Shown here: positions 44,385 to 52,697 of the stretch, in pieces | How the letters are laid out: each line of letters opens with the position of its first letter | Numbering within the stretch: the stretch's first letter is position 1 | NCBI GenBank assembly: GCA_017449185.1 | Contig: JAFSJZ010000048.1 | Location: 2,937-66,936, forward strand | Length of the DNA: 64,000 nucleotides | Direction of reading: 5' to 3' | Source: Oscillospiraceae bacterium | GTDB lineage: Bacteria; Bacillota; Clostridia; Oscillospirales; Oscillospiraceae | Made by a program: the position numbers and the translations under genes | The notes under the pieces: generated by a model | What the model was told of the DNA's origin: nothing | Database searches by the model: none | The model's input: the letters and a program-made list of their open reading frames with translations, nothing else

Positions 44385-45026
44385 TTACTTGAAGCTCGAG
44401 ATACCGTAACTGTTGACCAGCGCATCGAGCTTGACGCCGGCCTTGCACAGCGGGCACTGGGAGGCGGGAACGGAGCTGTAATCCTCCAGCACTTTGGCGT
44501 GGAAGATCGTCGTGACCGGAAATTCGCCGCACTTGTCCAGGCAGGAGAAGATGCTGCAGATACCGACGGGGATGCCGCCGTAATAGCGCACGGCCTCAAT
44601 GGCCTCCAGCACGGCGCCGCCGGTCGTGACCGAGGCGGCCAGCACCAGGATATGACGGCCCCGGATCAGATGGGCGATGTTCTCGCGGAAGATCTGCATG
44701 TTGCCGGTGGTAATCTCCGGCGTGACGACATAGAGGGTGTTGTGCTCGTTCTCATTGCGGATGCCCTGCTCGATCAGCTCATCGGCGAGGCATGCGCCGA
44801 GCACCTCCGTCCCGTCAAGGCAGAGGATCGTATCCACGACCTCGGAGCTCTGGTACTTGATCGCCAGCTCGCGGGCGGCCTGCCGCGCCTCGGCGAGGCG
44901 GTGCTTGGTGAAGGTCATGTCGACGAAGTAGTTGATATGGCTGTGGCTCGTGGCAAAATGCCCCTTGGCGATGCGCAGGGGAATCTCGCTGTATTCGCTG
45001 CGGAAATGGACGGTCGGGATCACCAT
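44385..45026 (-). CDS. Phosphoribosyltransferase-fold protein
   Basis: PRPP-binding-like ILVLAASVTTGG motif. The start is uncertain (ATG 45026 or GTG 45062). Confidence 0.7.
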   Translation of the reverse strand: MVIPTVHFRSEYSEIPLRIAKGHFATSHSHINYFVDMTFTKHRLAEARQAARELAIKYQSSEVVDTILCLDGTEVLGACLADELIEQGIRNENEHNTLYVVTPEITTGNMQIFRENIAHLIRGRHILVLAASVTTGGAVLEAIEAVRYYGGIPVGICSIFSCLDKCGEFPVTTIFHAKVLEDYSSVPASQCPLCKAGVKLDALVNSYGISSFK

Positions 45027-45379
45027 AGAAACGCGCGCTCCTTTCTGCTTTATACTATCCACTGATAAAACTCTTTAAATCTTTCCGGCAAAAACGCCGC
45101 CATGCTGCGTTGCTTCCCTTGACCATATATTTCCATTATGCTCTGCGGAAAGCGCCTTGCCTGACGCCTTTTTTGCTTGGAAATCTAATGAAGCTTTTTA
45201 TCAGTGAATAGTATTACAAAAATACAAACCGAATGCTCGATATCAACATTTTAGCACAGCGCCGCACGGCATACAAGCGGAAAATGCGCCGTCCCGGGGC
45301 GGAAAAAGCCGAGCCTTCGGCATAGTGCGCAGAATGGCGCATTATTTCTTGGAAGATTCTCCAATCTGCCGCGTTTCCG

Positions 45380-45408
45380 TTGACAGATTTCCCTTGTTCC
45401 TGTATGAT
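45380..45408 (+). promoter_or_regulatory. Sigma-A promoter (extended -10) of the tat-flavoprotein-nrfA-ccs operon
   Basis: TTGACA (45380..45385), 17-nt spacer, TG-TATGAT (45401..45408). Confidence 0.6.
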
Positions 45409-45470
45409 AATTGTGTACGTTTATATCTGTTTCATGGCTTTTTTATCTGATTCCGGAGGAAGAAAACGCA

Positions 45471-45761
45471 ATGAAGATCGGCGCGCTGGAACTTATCGTC
45501 GTGTTCATCGTGGCCCTGCTCGTGATCGGGCCGGACAAGCTGCCGCAGTATGCCAGGAAATTCGGCGCCGCCATGCGGGAATTCCGCAAGGCCTCTCAGG
45601 ACGTGACGCAGGAGATCCGCGAGAGCGTGATCGATCCGCTCGAGGAGGCGCAGAAGCCCCTGAAGGATGCGATAGAGCCGATCGAAGAGCTGGAAAAGGG
45701 CTTGAAGGACGACGTGAAGAGCGTTGAAAAAGACCTCAGAGATCTCGGGAAAGCCAAATAA
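45471..45761 (+). CDS. tatA: Twin-arginine translocase TatA/TatB-family protein
   Basis: GGAGGA RBS. Has the TM helix + G-P + amphipathic helix layout of TatA/B: MKIGALELIVVFIVALLVIGPDKLP. Confidence 0.85.
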   Translation: MKIGALELIVVFIVALLVIGPDKLPQYARKFGAAMREFRKASQDVTQEIRESVIDPLEEAQKPLKDAIEPIEELEKGLKDDVKSVEKDLRDLGKAK

Positions 45762-45782
45762 ACGGAGCGGAGGAAAAACAGT

Positions 45783-46013
45783 ATGAGAATCGGAACACAG
45801 GAGCTTATCATCATCCTGATCGTCGTCATCATCATTTTCGGACCCACGCAGATCCCCAAGCTGACGAAGATGTTCGGCAAGAGCGTGAAAAGCTTCAAGG
45901 ACGGCATGGAAGAGGTCGTCTCCGGCGACGCGCCGGAAGAGGACAAGGAACAGAAGCCGCAAAAGGCCAAGGCCGTAAAGGAGGCCGAGGCTGCCGATGA
46001 AGACGAAAGCTGA
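45783..46013 (+). CDS. tatA: Twin-arginine translocase TatA/E-family protein
   Basis: MRIGTQELIIILIVVIIIFGPTQIPKLTKMFGKSVKSFK. Confidence 0.9.
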   Translation: MRIGTQELIIILIVVIIIFGPTQIPKLTKMFGKSVKSFKDGMEEVVSGDAPEEDKEQKPQKAKAVKEAEAADEDES

Positions 46014-46755
46014 CGCCGCTTCCCCCAATCCGGACGGGAGCATGACGCTCTCCGGCCACCTGCGGGAGCTGCGCCGCCGCATCCTGGTGTGCGTCGTGCT
46101 GCTGCTCGTCGTGTTCGGCGTCTGTCTGGCCTTCGCCCCGCGCATCGTCACACTGCTGACCGACATGGGCACGCGCTACGCCTACGTCTACGTGTACATC
46201 GCCCCGCAGGAGCTGCTGCTGGTCTATCTCAACGTCGCCCTCGTCGCGGCGCTGATGCTCTGCTTCCCCGTGCTGGCCTACGAGGCCTACGCCTTCTGCA
46301 GCCCGGGGCTGAAAGCGAAGGAGCGGCGCTATACGATCGGCGCGCTCTTTGCCGGAACGCTCTGTTTCCTGCTCGGCGCGGCCTTCGCGTACTTTATCAG
46401 TCTGCCCTTCATGCTGCGCTTTCTGATTCAGTTCACCGCGGACGTGGACGTTGCGGCGTCCATCAGCATCGACCAGTACGTCAGCTTTTTGCTGACGGTG
46501 TTCATCATTTTCGGCCTCGTGTTCGAACTGCCGGTCGTCTCCGTGCTGCTGACGGCGCTGGGCGTCATTCAGCCGGCCTGGCTCGTGAAGGGGCGGCGCG
46601 TGATGATCGTCGTGATCTTCTTCCTGGCTGCCGTCATCACCCCGCCGGACGTGGTCTCCCAGATCATGCTGGCCCTGCCGATGATGGCGCTCTACGAGCT
46701 GAGCATCCTGCTCAGCCGCGCGGTCGGACGGGCAAAGGCGCAGGCCGCGGCATAG
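45997..46755 (+). CDS. tatC: Twin-arginine translocase subunit TatC
   Basis: HLRELRRRIL N-terminal motif, six TM segments, 252 aa. Confidence 0.9.
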   Translation: MKTKADAASPNPDGSMTLSGHLRELRRRILVCVVLLLVVFGVCLAFAPRIVTLLTDMGTRYAYVYVYIAPQELLLVYLNVALVAALMLCFPVLAYEAYAFCSPGLKAKERRYTIGALFAGTLCFLLGAAFAYFISLPFMLRFLIQFTADVDVAASISIDQYVSFLLTVFIIFGLVFELPVVSVLLTALGVIQPAWLVKGRRVMIVVIFFLAAVITPPDVVSQIMLALPMMALYELSILLSRAVGRAKAQAAA

Positions 46756-46825
46756 CCGTCGGCAGGGGAGCGCGTTTAACACAGGGTACTCTATTTTCGG
46801 AAATAAAAATATAGGAGGACACACC

Positions 46826-48868
46826 ATGGCAAACAAAGAGCTTTCCCGCAGAGACTTTCTCAAAGGCATGGCTGCGGGTGCCGTGGGGATGGCCACGATG
46901 GGCGTCCTGAGCGGCTGCGGCGAGGCCGCGACCGCGAGCGCGCCCGCCGCCGCAACGGAGGCGCCTGTCGCCGCCGCGGCAGCCGCAGAGGCCATCTACA
47001 CCCCCGGTACATACTCCGCAGCCGCAAAAGGCATTGCCAGCGACGTCAAGGTCACGATGACCTTCAGCGAGACCGCCATCACCGACTGCAAGATCGACGT
47101 CTCCGGCGAAACCAAGGACATCGGCGGCAAGATCGGCCCCGCGATGGAGCAGGCCGTTCTGGACGCCCAAAGCCCCGATGTCGACGCCGTCTCCGGCGCG
47201 ACCGTCACTTCCGACGCGATCAAAAAAGCCGTGGCCGACTGTATTTCCCAGGCCAGCGGCAAGGACGTCACGGTCGCGCAGACCGTCGTCGCCAGCGCCG
47301 ACTGGCTGGGCGAGGCTCCGGCCATCTCCGAGGGCGACATCACCGAGACCCTCGACACCGAGGTGCTCGTCGTCGGCTGCGGCACCGGCGGCATCATGGC
47401 CACAATGACCGCTGCCGAGGAAGGCGCGAAGGTCCTTGTGATCGAAAAGCGCGAGACCCCGACCGGCATCCGCGAGGACATCGGCTCGATCAACTCCAGA
47501 CTCCAGCTCGAGAGCTTCGCCGAGTATCCCGAGTTCGAGATCGACAAGGACGAGGCCCTGCATGAGCTTGTGCGCTACGCGGGCGGCTATGTGGATTCCG
47601 ACCTCATCAAGGTCTGGATCGACAATTCCGGCGAGCTGGTCGACTGGCTGACGGACCTCATGGAGTCCACCGGCGACTGGTACATGAGCCTGGAGGGCGG
47701 CATCGGCCAGCCCGAGTTCTACAAGGCCTATGCCACCGGCCACAGCCCCCACAAGACCGCGCAGGGCACGGAGAAGGGCGTCACCACCACCTCGACCTTC
47801 CGCGACTTCTGCGACAAGACCGGCAACGTCGACTGGCGCTTCCAGACCTCTCTCATCAAGCTCGAGCAGACCTCCGACGGAAAGGTCACGGGCGTCATCG
47901 CACAGGACGCGACCGACGGCCACTATCTGCGCATCAACGCCTCCAAGGGCGTCATCATGGCCACCGGCGGCTACGCCACCAACACACAGATGATGCTGGC
48001 CCTCCAGCCCCAGACCATGAAGATGAAAGCCAACGTTCCCATCGGCTCGACCGACGACGGCTCCGGCATCAAGGCGATGCTCTGGGCGGGCGCCGAGCTC
48101 GACCCGACCCACGCCTCCATGATGTTCAACCGCTGCTCCGTCAAGCCCGACGAGACCGCCGGCTACCAGACCAACGGCAAGTGGTACTGGTTCGGCGAGC
48201 AGCCCTTCCTGAAGGTCAATCTCAATGGCAAGCGCTTCTGCAACGAGTCCGGCCCCTACGAGCATATGCTGCACTCGATGTACATGCAGCCCAACCACAC
48301 CTACTGCGATATCTTCGACTCCAACTGCAAGAAATACGCCGAGCAGTTCGACGAGGTCGGCTGCTGCCGCCTCTTCGCCTTCCCGAACGGAGCCGAGAGC
48401 AACATGCCCTTCGATTACGTCTGGGGCCAGATGACCGAAGGCGAGAACTCCCACCTTGCGCTGGGCTATCTGCAGAAGGCCGACACGCTCGACGAGCTGG
48501 CCGAGAAGCTGAACATCCCGGTCGACGCCTTCAAGGAGACCGTCTGGCGCTACAACACCTTCTGCGCCAGAGGCCTGGACGAGGATTACGGCAAGCCCGA
48601 GCACCGTCTCACGCCGGTGGACACGCCGCCCTTCTACGGCATCCGCACCTGCGCCTGGCATCTGACCACGCTCAACGGCTGCCGCATCAACACCGACATG
48701 CAGGTCATCCGTGAGGACGGCACGCCCATCGAGGGCCTCTACGCCACGGGCGACTGCACCGGCGGCTTCTTTGCCCAGACCTATCCGAACCTCTTCACCG
48801 GCCTCGCCTGCGGCCGTACGATGACCTTCGGCCGCCGCGCGGCCAAGAAGGTCTGCGCGAAGAGATAA
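46826..48868 (+). CDS. Tat-signal lipoprotein flavoenzyme: FMN_bind domain plus FAD_binding_2 (fumarate/urocanate-reductase-like) domain
   Basis: SRRDFLKG twin-arginine motif, lipobox LSGC, flavinylation-type motif DAVSGATVTS (SGAT at 47192..47203), VVGCGTGGIMA dinucleotide fold, C-terminal YATGDCTGG. Confidence 0.85.
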   Translation: MANKELSRRDFLKGMAAGAVGMATMGVLSGCGEAATASAPAAATEAPVAAAAAAEAIYTPGTYSAAAKGIASDVKVTMTFSETAITDCKIDVSGETKDIGGKIGPAMEQAVLDAQSPDVDAVSGATVTSDAIKKAVADCISQASGKDVTVAQTVVASADWLGEAPAISEGDITETLDTEVLVVGCGTGGIMATMTAAEEGAKVLVIEKRETPTGIREDIGSINSRLQLESFAEYPEFEIDKDEALHELVRYAGGYVDSDLIKVWIDNSGELVDWLTDLMESTGDWYMSLEGGIGQPEFYKAYATGHSPHKTAQGTEKGVTTTSTFRDFCDKTGNVDWRFQTSLIKLEQTSDGKVTGVIAQDATDGHYLRINASKGVIMATGGYATNTQMMLALQPQTMKMKANVPIGSTDDGSGIKAMLWAGAELDPTHASMMFNRCSVKPDETAGYQTNGKWYWFGEQPFLKVNLNGKRFCNESGPYEHMLHSMYMQPNHTYCDIFDSNCKKYAEQFDEVGCCRLFAFPNGAESNMPFDYVWGQMTEGENSHLALGYLQKADTLDELAEKLNIPVDAFKETVWRYNTFCARGLDEDYGKPEHRLTPVDTPPFYGIRTCAWHLTTLNGCRINTDMQVIREDGTPIEGLYATGDCTGGFFAQTYPNLFTGLACGRTMTFGRRAAKKVCAKR

Positions 48869-48919
48869 GCGCACGCATCCACGGCTGCAAGAAAACGTGA
48901 ATGAATGCAGGAGAGGATT

Positions 48920-50530
48920 ATGAACGCTAAACTGAAACAAAAAAGGCTTGCCGACATCATCGGCATCGCCTGCGGCGTGTTCGTGCTGCTCGTCGGCATC
49001 GTGACCGGCATCGTCAAGAGCCGGCCCGCCACCGTCGGCGCGAACGCCGGGGATATCCCTGCCAGCGCCCAGCATCTGACGGGCACGGCCGAGGGACGCA
49101 ACGGCCCCATCACGGTCGAGATCATCGCGGACGAGAGCCAGATCTATCAGATCAACGTCGTCAGCCACACCGAGACCGACGGCATCGGCACCGTCGCGGT
49201 CGAAAAGCTCCCCGCCTCGATCTACGAGGCGCAGAGCCTGGAGGTCGACAGCGTCTCCGGCGCGACCCTGAGCTCCGACGGCATCAAGGCGGCGGTGCTC
49301 AACGCGATGGAGAGCGGCGGTCTTTCGACCGACAGCTTCGGCGGGGCCGAAGTCGCCGCGGCGGCCTCCGCGCCCGTCAAACTGGCCGAAAAGGTCGAGA
49401 CCAACTCCGGCGTCACGGTGCTGCATGCTTCCGACTGGGCCGCGCAGTACCCCAACGAGTACAACACCTGGCTGATGACCTCCGAGAGCTCCGAAGCCGA
49501 GGATTATCTCGAGATCTACCCGATGCTCCGCACCCTCTACGAGGGCTACGGCTTCGCCATCGACTACAAGGCGGCGCGCGGACATTACTACGACGTCGAG
49601 GATATCGAGGCCACCGGCCGTCCCCATCCGATGGCCAACTGCTGGACCTGCAAGACGCCCGACTTCACGAACATGGTCAACGAGGAGGGCATCGAGGCCT
49701 ACAAGTACGCCTGGACCGACGTCCAGGGCCAGGTCGTCGAGGGCATCAGCTGCTACAACTGCCACGGAAACGATCCGACGACGATCACGATCACCCACAC
49801 CTACTGGATCGACGCGCTGGGCGACGATTTCGAGAATGTCGCGGCGGCGAATCTCGCCTGCGGCCAGTGCCACAACGAGTACTACTTTGCGCCCGACACC
49901 AAGGCGACCACGATCGCTCACGACAGCCTCGAGAGCATGGATCCCGCAACGATGCTGGCCTACTTCAACGACGGGGCAAACTTCTCCAACGGCGAGATGT
50001 TCGCCGACTGGACGAATCCCCGCACCGGCGTCAAGCAGATCAAGGTCCAGCACCCCGAGTTCGAGACCTTCCTCGGCAAGGGCAGCCAGCACGCCAATGA
50101 TTTCACCTGCGCCGACTGCCACATGCCCGAAGCCACGGCCGAGGACGGGACTGTGTATATGAGCCACAACATCATCAGCCCCCTGGATAACGAGGAGCTG
50201 ATCGAAAACACCTGCTCGCAGTGCCACTACAACCTGGTCGAAGAGGTGCAGAAGACGCAGCAGGCGGTCGAGCAGCGCACCTATGCCGTCGGCTATCAGC
50301 TGGAGTATCTCACCGAGCTCCTGGCCAACGCAGTGGCGAGCGGCGAGTACACCGACGCCGACCTCGCGCAGATCCGCATGCTCGCCCGCAACGCCCAGTT
50401 CTACTGGGACTTCGTGTTCGTGGAGAACGCCGAGGGCGCGCACAACCCGACGCTGACCTACGAGTGCCTTGACAAGGCGGAATCCCTCTGCTCCCAGGCG
50501 ATCACCCTGATCCTGAAGCTGACCGCGTAA
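48920..50530 (+). CDS. nrfA: FMN_bind-domain::NrfA (pentahaem cytochrome c552 nitrite reductase) fusion, membrane-anchored
   Basis: N-terminal TM anchor and FMN_bind-like domain with DSVSGATLSS (SGAT at 49256..49267). Haem motifs are CWTCK (Lys-ligated active-site haem, 49640..49654), CYNCH, CGQCH, CADCH and CSQCH. Confidence 0.85.
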   Translation: MNAKLKQKRLADIIGIACGVFVLLVGIVTGIVKSRPATVGANAGDIPASAQHLTGTAEGRNGPITVEIIADESQIYQINVVSHTETDGIGTVAVEKLPASIYEAQSLEVDSVSGATLSSDGIKAAVLNAMESGGLSTDSFGGAEVAAAASAPVKLAEKVETNSGVTVLHASDWAAQYPNEYNTWLMTSESSEAEDYLEIYPMLRTLYEGYGFAIDYKAARGHYYDVEDIEATGRPHPMANCWTCKTPDFTNMVNEEGIEAYKYAWTDVQGQVVEGISCYNCHGNDPTTITITHTYWIDALGDDFENVAAANLACGQCHNEYYFAPDTKATTIAHDSLESMDPATMLAYFNDGANFSNGEMFADWTNPRTGVKQIKVQHPEFETFLGKGSQHANDFTCADCHMPEATAEDGTVYMSHNIISPLDNEELIENTCSQCHYNLVEEVQKTQQAVEQRTYAVGYQLEYLTELLANAVASGEYTDADLAQIRMLARNAQFYWDFVFVENAEGAHNPTLTYECLDKAESLCSQAITLILKLTA

Positions 50531-50613
50531 GCGCGCGCTTCCCATTCACCGGGCCGTCCCGGACAAGTCATCCGCCCGCCCTCCGGGGCGGGCGGCTTCG
50601 TGAAGGGAAATCC

Positions 50614-51831
50614 ATGAAACAAATTCTGCGTCTTCTTCGCTCGATGCGTTTTGCCAATATCCTGCTTGCGCTCGTCGCGCTTTTGTGCGGCGTGAGTTCG
50701 CTGCTGCCTCAGGGCAACGAACTGGCCTACTACGCGCAGAACTATCCGCGCCTCTATCCGCTTATCTACCGCGCGCAGCTCTACGACGTGTTCCGCAGCT
50801 GGTATTTCATCCTGCTTGTCGCACTGCTGAGCCTGAGCATGCTCGCATGCACGGCCTCCATGCTGCGCCGCGCGCTGCGCTCGGGCAGGGGAGCGGTCGA
50901 AAAAGCCGCCGCCCTCCCGAATGCCGAAGCGCTCGACGCTGCAGGGCTGGAAAAGCTGCGGCTTTATCTGGCCTCGATCCGCTGCAAAGAGGAGAAGATC
51001 GGGCAGAGCTTTGTCTTCCACAAAAATGGCTTTGGCCGCTGGGGGACCTTTCTGATCCATCTCTCGATCCTGCTGACGATCGCTTTCGGCGCGATGGCAC
51101 TGTACCTGCCGCAGGTGACAGACCGGAGCTGCTGGCCGGGCGAGACGCTCACGCTGGAGGACGGGACGCAGATCGCGGTGGATTCCTTCTCCATGTACAA
51201 CGCGGAGGGGCAGCTCGATTATGCCAGCGTGATCCGCATCACGCTGCCCGACGGGAGGAGCGCCGGCCCGCAGGAGATCCGCGTGAACTATCCGATGACC
51301 TTCGGCAAGTACAAGGTCTTTCAGTGGAGCTACGGGGCGGGAGGCGCCGTCTCCGCGCGCAGCCTCTCCACCGGCGGAACAGACCGTTTTACCTCTCTTG
51401 ACAGCGGCAGCGTCCTTTCAATCGACGAGAAGAATCTGATCGAATTTCTGGGCGTCTATGAGGCGACGCCCACGGACGGGAGCGAAGAAAAGTTCGTATT
51501 CTATCAGGTGCGCACCGTGCGCGACGGCGTCTATGAGGATGCCGCGGAATACCGCCCGGGCGAAAGCGTCACGCTCGGGGACGTGGAGTTCACCTTCCTC
51601 GACCCCTATTATCCCGGCCTGCGCATCAAGACCCTGCCCGTCCGCGCGGCCAATTCGCTGCTTGAGGCGGCCTTTGTGCTGATGCTCGTCGGGCTGTTTA
51701 TCTGCTTCTATCTCCAGCCCGTGCTGGTCAAGGCGGACGAGAAGGGCTATACCGTCGCCGGACCGCGTGCGGAAAAGCTGCGGCTGGAGCTGCGGGGCAG
51801 ACTGGCCGGGGAGAAGGAGGCGCAGACATGA
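50614..51831 (+). CDS. resB: Cytochrome c biogenesis protein ResB/Ccs1 (System II)
   Basis: 405 aa with an N-terminal TM cluster, a large extracytoplasmic domain and a C-terminal TM. It overlaps ccsA (ATGA). Confidence 0.8.
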   Translation: MKQILRLLRSMRFANILLALVALLCGVSSLLPQGNELAYYAQNYPRLYPLIYRAQLYDVFRSWYFILLVALLSLSMLACTASMLRRALRSGRGAVEKAAALPNAEALDAAGLEKLRLYLASIRCKEEKIGQSFVFHKNGFGRWGTFLIHLSILLTIAFGAMALYLPQVTDRSCWPGETLTLEDGTQIAVDSFSMYNAEGQLDYASVIRITLPDGRSAGPQEIRVNYPMTFGKYKVFQWSYGAGGAVSARSLSTGGTDRFTSLDSGSVLSIDEKNLIEFLGVYEATPTDGSEEKFVFYQVRTVRDGVYEDAAEYRPGESVTLGDVEFTFLDPYYPGLRIKTLPVRAANSLLEAAFVLMLVGLFICFYLQPVLVKADEKGYTVAGPRAEKLRLELRGRLAGEKEAQT

Positions 51832-52625
51832 CGATGACGACGCTGTTTTATATATCCCTCGGCCTCTACGCCGCCGCGCTTCTCGTCGAGCTTGCGGGCG
51901 TGGCCGTGAAACGGGACAAATGGAAAAACCTGGCCTGGTGGGTCTTCGTGCTCGCGCTGCTGACGCACCTGGGCTATTTCGTCTGGCGCGGCCTTGTCGC
52001 GCAGCGTCTGCCGCTCTCGAGCCAGTTTGAGTTTTCCTGCGGCTTTGCGCTGGGCGTGTCGCTGCTGCTGCTCGTGGCGCGCACGCGCCTGAGCGCCGAC
52101 TGGATCGCCGCCGCGGGCATGGCCGCCGTCACGCTGCTGATGGTCTATGCCTCCCGCCAGAAGATGGAGATCAGCGAGCTGATGCCCGCCCTGCGCAGCT
52201 TCTGGTTCGACTTCCATATCGGCGCCGCGGTCTTCTCCTACGCCGCCTTCCTGGTGGCCGGCTGCGTCAGCCTGCGCTATGTGCTGCAGCACCGGAAAGG
52301 CGAGGCCCCGGACAGCCTGAAGATGAAAAAGCTCGAGTACCTCAGCTATCGCCTGGTGGCGCTGGGCTTCCTGCTGCTCACGGCGGTGATCGTCATCGGC
52401 GCGATCTGGGCCGAGGCCGCCTGGTCGGCCTACTGGACCTGGGACCCCAAGGAGGTCTGGGCGCTCATTACCTGGATCATCTACGCGGTGTATCTCCACA
52501 TCCGCCTGCGGCGGCAGTACAGCGACCTGTTTCTGAGCTGGTACGTGATCCTTGCGATCCCGGCCTTCCTCTTTACCTTCGCCGGCGTCAACAAGCTGCT
52601 GCCTGGCCTGCATTCCTACGCATGA
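51828..52625 (+). CDS. ccsA: Cytochrome c biogenesis protein CcsA/ResC (System II)
   Basis: Trp-rich haem-handling motif WAEAAWSAYWTWDPKEVWALITW. Confidence 0.9.
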   Translation: MTMTTLFYISLGLYAAALLVELAGVAVKRDKWKNLAWWVFVLALLTHLGYFVWRGLVAQRLPLSSQFEFSCGFALGVSLLLLVARTRLSADWIAAAGMAAVTLLMVYASRQKMEISELMPALRSFWFDFHIGAAVFSYAAFLVAGCVSLRYVLQHRKGEAPDSLKMKKLEYLSYRLVALGFLLLTAVIVIGAIWAEAAWSAYWTWDPKEVWALITWIIYAVYLHIRLRRQYSDLFLSWYVILAIPAFLFTFAGVNKLLPGLHSYA

Positions 52626-52644
52626 GAAAAGGTTAATAAAACAC

Positions 52645-52673
52645 TTGACGTGTTATTCTATAAAGGGTATAAA
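52645..52673 (+). promoter_or_regulatory. Sigma-A-like promoter of argS
   Basis: TTGACG (52645..52650), 17-nt spacer, TATAAA (52668..52673). Confidence 0.5.
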
Positions 52674-52697
52674 TGAACTCCCCAAAGGAGAAAAACC

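Noticed and set aside
45063-45379. Riboswitch (PRPP, purine or pyrimidine-type) in the approximately 300-bp region upstream of the phosphoribosyltransferase-fold gene.
   Set aside because: A plausible minus-strand promoter (TTGTAT-17-TAAAAT near 45253..45281) would give a leader of about 215 nt. I recognise no conserved riboswitch core or convincing terminator/antiterminator pair there.
52626-52697. T-box riboswitch upstream of argS.
   Set aside because: Only about 25 nt separate the predicted -10 element from the RBS. There is no room for the specifier loop, T-box sequence and terminator.
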